Positions 51,039-62,600 of a DNA stretch of 64,000 nt are shown in pieces. Origin of the DNA: Takakia lepidozioides (taxonomy: Eukaryota; Plantae; Bryophyta); NCBI GenBank assembly GCA_030704615.1, contig CM060732.1, forward strand, positions 38,998,001 through 39,062,000, given 5' to 3'. The first letter of the stretch is position 1. Every line of letters begins with the position of its first letter. The translations under genes and the position numbers were made by a program. The notes under the pieces were generated by a model. It saw nothing but the letters and a program-made list of their open reading frames with translations, made no database searches and had not been told where the DNA came from.

Positions 51039-51066
51039 ATTAAGATGTCGTCAATGACATCTTAAT
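51039..51066 (+). repeat. Single family-1 palindrome in the intron before the methyltransferase exon
   Basis: ATTAAGATGTCGTCAATGACATCTTAAT, with TGG/CCA flanks extending the stem. Confidence 0.9.
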
Positions 51067-52355
51067 CCACCAGTGCTTTGTACTACCAGTTCCCTCCAAC
51101 TACCCAATTTCATTTGCTTGCATTTGCTTCTGGCAGGTGATGAAGAATCCATGTTGGGTGAACGGTGTCCAGCAGCCTTACGCCGCTGACCTTGTAATCC
51201 TTGACATCCCGGATGGGCAGCCTGTGCTTGATATCATTCCCCCTGCTGTGACTCCACAGTGGAATGCTCAAAACCCTCTGTATTGGCAGTGGGCATTCTC
51301 TTTCTGCAACAAGTTCCTCTCTGACACAGGGGCCTTCTGATATTTCAATCTGCGGACATGGCATCCCGCCGGATTCTTCATAGCTACATGAAGTCCTTTG
51401 GGTTCCAAATCAACAAAATATGGACATGTGTTAATATACTGCCTCTATCCAAGGGGGAGTTTCCAGGGCAGAAGGTATTTCTTGTAACTTTCATTTGTCT
51501 TCGTCCGTGTTGTCGTTGAATACCCATAGTTGCTGACATATTTCCATTGTTGCTGGTGCAGACCCATGTGTTCAAGGCCATTTGCCTGTCACGAATTCGG
51601 CCTACCAACACTCCTGCTTATGTTGGGCATTTCGACATTTGGGGAGGAAGTCTGCACATAGATCCAGATTGCGACCCAGTCGAATCTGATGTTGTTCACA
51701 ACTATGTGGATGCGTCCCAGACTCTGAAAAAGACTGGAGGAATTCCATGGAGAGGTGCCCGGGAGAAGTCACCCGCGTTCATGCAGACCTTCATTGAGAC
51801 ATGCAGCCGGCATGGTGGCAAAGTGGTTGACCTCTCCATGGGCATAGGTGCATGCCGAAACTCTTATCCATTCTTCGTTGCATATGTTCCTCTCCTGTTT
51901 TGGCTTCTGACATGGTTTTTTCATTCGCTATCCTACAGGGGCTTCGTTCCATGCCTGCAAGTGTGCAGGAAGAGATCTTTTTGGGTTTGAGGGGGACGAG
52001 GAGCTTTACTCTCGAGTCATCGCTCCACTCTCTGAGGGATCCTCGCATTCGACCAAGACTAAGAAGATTGTTGAGGAGGAGGATCTGCAAGAGCCGGATG
52101 CTCTGGATGTGGATTCGGATTTTTCATGTGAGTAAGTGCATGTTCTTTTGTGGCAACTCATAGACCCCATGACGGATCCTTTTGGTGCTCCTTTGTTTGG
52201 CTGCAGTTTGGCTTCCAGAGTATTTACCAATTTTACTCATTACTGTGTGGTTGCAGGAGTCCTATGACGCCACGGTTTCTGCCCTTCTTTGCCAACCCGG
52301 GTTTTTTTCCAAGTCCTCCAGCACAATTTCATTTGCCAGCTTATGTGGAGGCTGC

Positions 52356-53360
52356 TGTCGCACGGCTTTTACTCACCCATCCCTTCGCTATTCGAGGCGG
52401 AAACTCCAAGATAGAAGAGTTGGAAATCTCTAAGTACTCAGCCCACGCAGAACAATCAGTCATGACCTACAGCTAGTGTATCATGAGGGTGTTTCCTATT
52501 TGTTTCCCTTTTGGCATTCATGTTAGCTATCTTACCATTGATAATTAAGTATCAGTTTGCTTTATCAATCTATTGGATTCCATCAACTCATCCATTCATT
52601 CCACAGCTTCACTCAGATCTCTCTACACAGTGTGATTGTATCGTAAAAGTATCCGATTATGATTTATCAGGTATCAGGCCGAAGCCATTGTGTCTCTAAT
52701 CTGCTCTACAATATCATTACAGCCTTGCATATATCAAGCATCTACTCATCATCTCTCTATCTTCACTTCCGTTCTTCATCTCTGCCCGATCCCCTCTCCT
52801 CCATGACCAAGAAGTCCTCCTCCGAATGATATCCCCCAAAATTCCCCGCTTCTCCCTTTATCTTCCTACCCGTGGTTCTAACCGTTTCCCTCACTAACCG
52901 TCGTCTGTGAACTAACATGTTCCCTTCGCAGGTGTTGTTTCCCACAGTCGTTCTCTGTCCTGCTCTCCGTTCCCTATGATCGTGACAGCTGTGTCAAGTT
53001 GTGACTGGCTGTGTGAAACTGTGACGGGCTGTGACTGGCTGTGCGACTGTGTTTGGCTGTGTCGGGCTGTGACTGGCTGTGTGGCTGTGTCGGCTGTGCC
53101 GGGCTGTGTCAGCTGTGTCGGCTGTGTTGGCTATGACGACTGTGACGGGCTGAGTTGGCTGTGTCAGCTGTGTCTGCTGTGACGACTGTGACGGGCTGTG
53201 TTGGCTGTGTCGGCTGTGACGACTGTGACGGGCTGTGTAACCCCCCTCTACAGTGCGCTGCTGTCACCCCTAAGGCTCCTGTTGGTCTCAGTCTGTGCAA
53301 AAATTAAGGATACCCTACAGATCCCGTATAAGTGTCTAAGTCCCCAACAGTCCTCTAACA
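52356..53360 (-). repeat. 3' LTR of copy 4
   Basis: TGTCGCACGGCTTTT...TCCTCTAACA on the + strand. Confidence 0.95.
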
Positions 53361-53399
53361 TTACCCCTTCCCCCCTCAAAAAGCCGTGTCCTCACGGTT

Positions 53400-56300
53400 T
53401 ACTGATTCGATTAGCAAACCTTTGTGAGTGAGCACCTTTTTGACGTTGAGAGTTTCGTGGCGGACTGTGTGTACGAGCCCTAGGTCTGTCTCTGGTTGAC
53501 GGAGATGGTTGATCACTACCTGGATAAGTGAGGCCTCTGGAGGCTGATATCGAGGTAACCTTTCCGGCATAGGAGACCCCCGTCGCTTCTTCTCTGCCAT
53601 CTGAACTGCATAGTCCTCTCCCATGTCAAAAGAATTCGGTGAAGAAATAGTTGTATCAGAATCCTCATCGCCTCTCAGGTGTTTTAATTTTCGAACTTTT
53701 TGTGGAATCCTCTGGGGCATACAATGTTGTCCTACCATGTCTGGAAGTTTATATTTTACAACTTGGTGTAACCGCTGAACAGCAAAATTGGTGTAGACAC
53801 TGAGCTCCTTGTCTGTCCAGGTGAGTGGGGTACCAATTACTGGTGCAGCGTGCAAGTATTTCCATGCCACATGTCCCTTATAGAAAATATCATCAATGCC
53901 GAATTTCTGTGTTGACAAATTGTTCCAGGCCGCTTGAAACCATGAACGAATTTGAGAATCCTTTTGCATCATAACTTTTGGGTCATATAGGTACATATGA
54001 GGTGGCACCAAAGGTAATACCCAATGATCTCCACTAGAATAACTCAGAAAGCGTGTTTGCATCTTTTGTTGCTCAATGTGATAACGTACCAGAAAACAAG
54101 CCGCGTAGTATAACCCGCATCCCATGACAATACTTGCTACCTCCTTGGTCTTGGTATAAATGAGTCCATGTACAACCTGGAAAGCAATAATTCCCTCAAC
54201 ATGGTACGTGCCTCGTGCCAGTACTGTGCAAAGTGATGATCCTCAATTGATCGATTGTTCGGAAGAACTTTAGTCCTAGTTGCCACTGGCAGCCAGATGC
54301 GCATGATTTGGTAGTAATGTGCGAATGACTGCGGAGGACTAAATTCTTTCCAAGCCAAATCCAACACATGATGGGAATTTGGTTGAAGGGCATAATCATA
54401 GCCCTACTGTACTCCCTTGCAGCTGGAGTTTTAGGTGGGTTAAAAGCAGCATTGCCCCATACCTCAGGCTGTGGTAGCTGTGGTGTGGTTGTAGTAACAA
54501 CAGGTTCAGCTACTGGTACAGTGACTTGTTGTGGTGTTGGTGGTACTGGCTCTTGTATCATTGGCATCTCCTGCACCTCCTGTGAAGACTAAAAGCCAAA
54601 GTTCTGGCTTGTAAATAAGAAGCCATTAGCTGTTCCTGAGGGATATAGACTCTTTTGTCGATGTTTGAAGTGAGGTCCTCCACTTGAGTCTGCAGTCCGT
54701 CTACATCCTCCTGTAACTCTGCTATCCTACTATAGACATTGTCTATAGTAGTTGTGGCAATGTTCTGCACCTGCAGCCTGAGCTCATTCATCTCGCTTTG
54801 GGTGAGCTTTCGTGGTGCTTTGCCCTCTACTGGCCCTTGTGCTAACCAGACCTGCATAAGGCTGTTATCCACCAAGTTGCTTGTGGTTCCCCTGAGAGTT
54901 TGCTCCTCTCTTAGCTTGTACACTTCTAACTGCTGTTGTAAAGCCTCCATGCGCTTCGCATGAGGTTCAACCAACTTCGCATAGGCAGCAGTAGATTATT
55001 AGCTTCCTCCAAGCCTTGTTATTGACCGCGATTTCATTTCTATTGGCCATGATCGTTTGGTGCAACTCCACGATGTGCTTCTCTTGATCAGCTTCAACCT
55101 GCCTGTATTGCTTGAAAGTATCCTCATTGCGACAGATTGTATTCTTCATATCGACAATGAGTTTCATTTGCTCAACATTCTCTTCTTCTGCCTTCGTACA
55201 TTTTTCCGCTTGACTGTTTATTTCTTTTGTAGATTGGTCAAGCATAGTTGTGAATGTAGCACATTGTATCGCCATCCTGTCATGCACTGTCTGCAACTCC
55301 GTATGTAGTGCATTCACTTCTTGCAACTTGCTTTCATGCTGCACCTGCATTTGGTATAGCTGTTGCTTATGTGCTTCGTGCAACTGGTCTTGCGCGAGGC
55401 CTGCCTCAATCAATTGTTCCTTGGCCAATTGCAAAGCCGCTTCTGTATTTCCCAAGTCCTGCTGCATCTTGAGAGTGACCTCTTCATCGACCTTGTTTGC
55501 ACACTCAGTGGCTAGTCGAGCCTCAAACTCCTTCCTGAGTTCCTCTCTCAAGGCTGTCAATTGGGTAGTTGGAACATGGGATTTGACATAAGTCCCCAAC
55601 AAATTAAGTGTCCTGCCTATGGAACTCATCAGCATTGCCTGTTGAGGGTCATCATGGTGAGGTTGCTGCTGTTCCTCCTGATCCTCAACAGTGTGATGTC
55701 TCACGAACCACTCAGGCCATTGTCCCACCGGATTTTCTTCCTGAACCACTTCATCTATCACCGGTGCTACAGTGTCATGACCTTCCGCCTGTGGTACCTC
55801 CGACACAGGTGTGTGTATTATATGCACCTCAGGATTTCCCTTGGGCAACTGTTGCACCTCTGGAATCTCTGTCTCCTTGACCAGACCAGAATATTCATAG
55901 AGAAGGTCCCCCTTCTCCATTTCTGCCACTATCTGTTCTGTAGTTGGAATATCTAACCCTTCTCTTTCCAAATCAATTATTTCTGGTTGAGCTGCATGGA
56001 CAACTTGTGACCTTGTGACAAGTCGATCAGCTGGCTGTGATGGTTGTGATGCTGAAGTAACTTCCTCCTCCCTCTCTGAAGGTCCTGCTTCCAGTAATAG
56101 CATTTCTCTGTGCTGCTGTGCCCCTTCCTGCACATGAGCTTGGGAAACATTATCATGCGGAATCCGTGAAGCCAGTGGATCCGCCACTACAGTCTTTCCC
56201 CGTCTCTGCCTCTTAGTCTCGGTTGCCCTGCTAGTCCACCCTCACTGTGTGAAGAGCCTTGCTCTTCCATTGCAGTGGTTTCTGGCTCAAACACTCCCAT

Positions 56301-59300
56301 CTCCTTTCCAGAATCAAGAATTATTTGAGCAATGATTGGGCCAGACACTATGATAGGAGACTTTGCGGTAGTACCTTGTAATCTTTTCATCTCCTCCACC
56401 AGTGCGTTGTACATTATGTCCGCCCATTGTACCTCTTGTCCCTTCAGGCCTTTGAGTATTTCCTCCGTGAAGGATCTGCTCAAATACTGTTGGTTCTGTT
56501 TCATGGCAATCAGAACGTTCAATACCTGGCCTACCTCTTTTAGCCCTGGGTACACAGCCTTGGTACAAGCATAACCCTGAGTTTTAAAGAAACTCCCTTC
56601 TTGGAATAAGTCCCCTATTTGCAGTCTTGCCCTGTGTTCCTCCACATGCACCTGACCTGCTGGCAATCGAAACAATTGCTGGAGGTATAGGGGAGTAATC
56701 ATTAATTCAACTCCCTTCACCGTTGTTGTTCCTGTCCTTGGCTCAAAGTTCTGCAAAAATTGTAACATGTACTGTCTATGGTGTAATGTCCAATCTAGGC
56801 TTTGCAATCCTTGCAATCTCAGCTCCTCCAGTATCTGTATCGCCTGTGGGGTAGCAATCGTTTGTTTCTGCAGAATTGTGGTGCTCTTCACCCTGATTTC
56901 CTCCATTCCTCTCACTCTCTTCATTTTAGACTCACAGAACTGTTTTGGCTGTAACAACTGCAGAAATGCCTGTAGTGCACAAAGCATAAACGTATGGTTG
57001 CCACAGAAAGCTATGGGTAATTTCTTGTAAGCCTGCGGGGCTTGCAAGCATCGCTCAAGAGAAAAGCTCCGCTCTGTTCTTTCGTGTCTATGCTGCGTAA
57101 GTAATATTGCGAGCGTATAGTCTGTTAGTTCCTCCATAGTTTCCAAGCTATAGCATTGATGGTCTGTCCCGTCGAGACGCCCGTTACTCAGAACGACGCC
57201 GCCTCTTGCGCTCAATTTCCCTCCATTTTCTTGATCCTTTCTCTGGTTTTCTATTGGCTGTAACCGCTGTGACTGGATTTTAGATTTTATTTTCTTTAGT
57301 GGACTTTCCCTGCTGGATAGTCCACTAGGATCACACATGTGACAAGAATTTCGCTTTTCTGTACTTGCCGTTCGTTCCGTTTCCCTTTTTCCGTATTCAT
57401 TAATGGGCCCGCCTTTCATCCCTTTTGACGGCCGTTCTTGTCCTCTTTCTTTATGACACCTGTTCTTGCACTTCCTTCTCAGCTGTGTGTCGCGCCCTGA
57501 CCTCCACGTGTCTATTTTTAAACTAGTTTCCGTTTTTTCTTCCGTCAGCCATTTTCCTGAAGTTATTATGCGTCCACCTGTCACTGATTCTATGGATCGT
57601 GTAACCCTAGTAGGCTGTGTTGAGCTGTGACAGGCTGTGTCATACTGGGTACGCTGTGATAGGCTGTGATGCACTGTGGTAAGCTGTGATAGGCTGTGAT
57701 ATGCTGTGGTAAGCTGTGATAGGCTGTGACACGCTGTGGTAGGTTGTGATAGGCTGTGTCGCGCCGTGCTGGGCTGTGATAGGCTGTGTCACGTCGTGAT
57801 GGGCTGTGATAGGCTGTGCTTTGCCTTGATGGCTGTGATAGGCTGTGTCACGTCGTGATGGGCTGTGATAGGCTGTGGTTCGCCTTGATGGGCTGTGATA
57901 GGCTGTGTCACGCTTGTTTTGCCCGCCCTGGTCATATATGCTTGGCCTAGCGACAAGTGCTCCATACTCCGTTGTAACACTGGTGCAGCCCGTGACTGCT
58001 CTTGCGTTTCAACATGCAAATCATGCTGCAATGGTTTGTCATGGATACCACTGTACCCCTTCAACTTATTGGCATTGACTCTTCCCAGCATTTCTTTGTT
58101 AATGGTTTGTAACATGGCGGTGTTGTTATCATACATCTTTTGTATGACATAAGGTCCTTTCCATGGTGATTTAAGCTTAGAAGCTTTAATCTTTCCCTTT
58201 TTCTGCAACCATAGAACCAAATCTCCCGTCTTAAAAGTTTTAACTTGCCTTCATCAAACTGTTCCTTCCTCTTCATCTGAATTCTGGTCATATTATCAGC
58301 TGCATCAGCACGTACTTCTTCCACATGGTATAATTCATGTTTCCTGACCTTAATGGAATCTTGCAATTCCATTCTTTTTCCCCACTCCGTTCTCATGGTA
58401 GGTAACAGGAATTCCACTGGAAGTAAGGCTTCCATACCATAAACTAATTGGAATGGTGTATACTTAGTGGTGACTTTATATGAAGTCCTGTATGACCACA
58501 AAGCTGTCAGCAGCTTTGTATCCCAATCCGTTCTGTTTGCATTGACTATCTTAGCCAAGATAGTACATAGTATTTTGTTGGTAGCCTCTGCCTGCCCATT
58601 ACCCTGTGGGTAATATGTTGTACTCTTTCTATGCACAATCATGAACTCTTTAGTCAACAACTCAATGGTCTCATTCATGAAGTGACTTCCCTGATCACTG
58701 ATAAATTCTAAGGGACAGCCAAATCGTGTAAGTATGTTCTCGTACAGGAACCTTGCTGTGGACTTGGCTGTGTTGTCCCTCAAAGCTTTAGCTTCCACCC
58801 ACTTCGTAGTATAATCAGTGGCTGTAATTATGTACCTGTTCCGTGTATTCTTGGTGGTGGTTAATTGGTCCAACAAAGTCTAGTCCCCATTTCTGAAATG
58901 GTTCCGTAGGCATTGTAGGATGCAAGGCCATCCTTCCAGATCTCTGCAAAGGTCCTAGCCTCTGACATTCATCACAACTCTGACAATACTCGTGTACATC
59001 TTTGAACAAAGTAGGCCACCAGTAACCTGCGAGTAGTATCTTCCTACTGGTAGTCTCTTCTCCAAAATGACCTCCAGCCACTCCTTTATGAACTTCCTCC
59101 AAAACTTTATTTACTTCATGGTGGTACAAGCATCGTTTTAGTACTCCATCAGGTCCTAGCTTATACATTCTGCTTCCTACCATAGTATAAGGTAAAGCTT
59201 TGATAGCGATTCTCTTCCTCTGCTCCTTACCATAACTAGGTGGGCACTGACCATGAGCAAGGTAGTATCTGATTGGCCACTGCCAATCTAACCAGTCATC

Positions 59301-59645
59301 TGCACTTCCCTGCACCTCCACTGCAAAGAGACTCGCATCTGGTAATTGATCATCTATTCCTGTGGCTGGTTCTCCTGTTGATAACCGTGACAAATGATCC
59401 GCCACAAGATGCAGTCTCCCAGGCTTGTAAACAACCTCGAACTCAAACTCGTGCAAGATTATCAACCATCTTGCTATTCTTCCGCTTATCAGAGGTTTGT
59501 TTACCAGGTATATCAGAGCCTGGTGATCCACATAGAACATAAACTTCTTGCCCAACAGGTAATGCCTGAATTTCTTCACTGCATAGATCATTGCCAATGC
59601 TTCTCTTTCCGTTGTGCTATAGTTCCTTTCAGCACTGTTCATCAA
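53400..59645 (-). pseudogene. RNase H, integrase and extension ORF of copy 4, broken by small indels
   Basis: ORFs 58815..59645, 58061..58876, 56187..57674, 54967..56187 and others tile ORF 24303..31085. Confidence 0.9.
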
Positions 59646-62600
59646 CCGCTAGCATAGTACACAGGTGAATCTATATTTCCTGTAACATTCTGGGCTAACA
59701 CCGCTCCCAACGCTTCTCCTGATGCATCGCAGTGAACATGAAATACTACATGCCAGTGAGGGTTAATCAGCACAGGTGTAGTTGTTACTGACAGTGTAAG
59801 TTCCTCAAACGCCTGTTGACATTCAGCTGTCCAGGCAAACACTGCATCTTTCTTCAGTAGTTTGCTCAATGGTGCTGCTATTTGTGCATACCTTTTGACA
59901 AATCTTCTGTAATAACTGGTTTGCCCAAGGAATCTCCTTAGACTTTTAACATTCACTGGTGGTGGAGAGGCTTTAATGGACTCTGTCTTTCTGGGATCCA
60001 CAAGGAGTCCCTTCTTACACACAATGTGTCCCAGAAGCACCCCTGAGTTCACACAGAAAGTACACTTCTCTGGATTCAGGCCCAGACCTCTCATCCTGCA
60101 TCTGGCCAAACATAACTCCAATTTATGCAAGTGCTCATTCTTAGAGCTGTACACACTGAAATCATCCAAGAATACCTGCATGAAATCATCCAGATACTCA
60201 TGAAAAGATTCACTTATCACTCTCTGAAAGGTCGCTGGTGCATTACAAAGTCCAAAGGGCATGACTTTGTATGCATAAGCCCCCCAGTCTGTGATGAAAG
60301 CTGTTTTCCCTTGGTCTTCTTCTGCCACTTGCACTTGATTATAACCACTGAAGCCATCCATGAATGAGTACATCTCATGGCCTGCCACAGTGTCTAATAC
60401 TGCTTCTGTGAATGGCAAAGGGAAAGGATCTTTCTTCGTACAAGCATTCAGCTTCTTATAGTTCACACATACTCTTAGTTTGCCATTCTTCTTGGGAACT
60501 ATAACAATGGGTGACAACCAAGTTGTATACTCTATTGGGTATATAAACTTAGCCTCAGCCAACTTCTTTATCTCTTCTCCAACCTTCTGTGCGTAGTTGG
60601 GATTCATTCTATACCTCGCCTGCTTGATTGGTACTGACCCTGGTTCCAGTTCAATCTTATGCTGACAGACTTCAGGTGGTATCCCTTTTAGATCCTCATA
60701 GCTCCAAGCAAATACATCTCTGTATTTGATGAACAAGCTTTTAGCTTCTTCGAAGAATTCCGGCTCCAAATCAGCTCCTACTTTCACCATCCTCGGTTCC
60801 TCTTTAGTTCCCACATTTACTTCCCTCACCTGCTCATCAGCTGTGATTGTCCAACCAGTCACCACTTCATCCTGTAAGCTCACAGTGGCTGGTTCTTCTA
60901 GGATTTCTATTTCTCCTTCTCTTTCTTCATAGAAATGTGATGGGTAAATGCTGGTTTCCTCTTCAGTTGGTGTTGCTGTCACTACACCACAGCAGATACC
61001 TCTCAAACAACTTAGGCTTTCCAGCCGCATCTCTGCAACCTGCTCCCACTCTGGGTGTGCAGCAAATAGGGTAGCTTCCTGCTCCTCATCCAGTCCTCCT
61101 TTCCAGTCATACTCTCTGACTCCTCGAGGTCTTCTTGTAGCAGGTAATCTACTAGATTTCTTTGTGGTAATTTGTATCTCGTGTATCCCATTATGCACGG
61201 TTAGTAACTGAGAATTCCAGTCATGGAATACCCTGGCCTGTTTCAGCCACGGACGTCCCAATAATAAGGAGTAAGCCTCCATGACTTCATCCATTTTCAA
61301 CACAGTTACTGTGATCATAAAGATCATCTTCTGTATCTGTATCTTAACTCCTCTTATTAATCCCAATGGCTGTACACTTCTTTGATCTGCCATTGTTACT
61401 GTAAATGGGGCTGGTTTCATGTTACTTAGACCAAGCTTCTTCCTTAATTGGTCTGTCATGATATTTACTCCAGAACCTCCATCTATCAGTACATCAGTTA
61501 GTTCTGTGCTTCCAATTCTCAATTGGATTACTGGCATAGAATCATCAAAGTCCATGACTGTTTCTCGCCCTTCCGGCTTCACATTATAACTGGTCACCTT
61601 GCTGTTCAGGTCTGTGTTTCCTGTCTCCTGGGCAATTCGATTGATTGCTTGATACAGCCTGTGCCTACAATAAGGTGCCACAGCTAATAGCTGTCCAATG
61701 GTAATTTCTGCTTTGGTCTGGCATATTACTTCAGCCAAAGTCTCTTCATTACTTTGCATGTCTGCATCTTCTTTCTTCCTTTCTTCCTCACTCCCTTCTT
61801 CTTCTCCATCAGAATCAGAGGAATCTGCCACAGGAATATCAGTACTCTTTTGCATTTCCCTTATAGTATCTGCCACTTCCTTGTGCAGTTCCTTCTCATC
61901 TTTCCAAGTCTCTTCATCTTCAGGCATATCATTGCCACCTTCATTATCATCTTCTTCCTCTACTACTGGAGGTATTAGTTTGGCTTTACTTCTTGTTACT
62001 ATCATTGTACTTACTTCTGGTACAACACATGGCCTAACCATGTGAGCTGCCACCACTGGGCCCTCATTCACAGGAGCTCTCATCTCATTCTGGTGTCTTA
62101 TCCAGAATGAACAGGCTGCCTTGCGATGTCCTGGCTGATTACAATAGTAACATAGTTCTTCACCATTGGGTCCTCGCCCTTGGTCTGTTCTTGGATTATT
62201 TCTATAATCCTGATTCCCGGGCTGGTAATTCCCCCTTGGATTACCCTGATAGTTGCCTCTGGAATTTCCTTGGTAATTCCCTCTTGAATTACCTCTCCCT
62301 TCCATGCCATTGTTATAACCACCAGACCTACCATAGTGGTCCTGATCATTGTTTCTTCTTGGCTGGGGCTGCACCTGATGCACCCTTACTTGCCTAGGTT
62401 CTCTTGCAGCTGTCCTTCTGTTGTAGTAACAATTCTCAGTAGAATGGTTATCCATTTTACAGATAGTACAGTGTTTCTCCTTCATGTGGCATTCTGTGGT
62501 GGTATGGCCTTCATTCTGGCACTTTGCACACCATACACCCTTCCTCCAATGTGTTGCAGCCTCTGTGGCATACTTCTTCAAGATTTCTTCCAATCTTTTT

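Larger units (their letters stand above)
48117..52130 (+). pseudogene. Multi-exon gene with an N-terminal ParB/Srx-like domain and a C-terminal beta-class N6A/N4C DNA-methyltransferase-like domain
   Basis: FFVWDGNHRLVAW (~48425-48465); ADLVILDIPDG (motif IV-like, ~51185-51217); EKSPAFMQTFIETCSRHGGKVVDLSMGIG (motifs X and I); next exon ASFHACKCAGRDL.GFEGDEELY (motif II, frameshifted). GT-AG introns at e.g. 48860-48958, 51475-51562 and 51849-51938. Confidence 0.72.

Noticed and set aside
48117-52130. Bacterial contamination or prophage ParB-MTase
   Set aside because: The gene has GT-AG introns and is interleaved with plant-type LTR elements.
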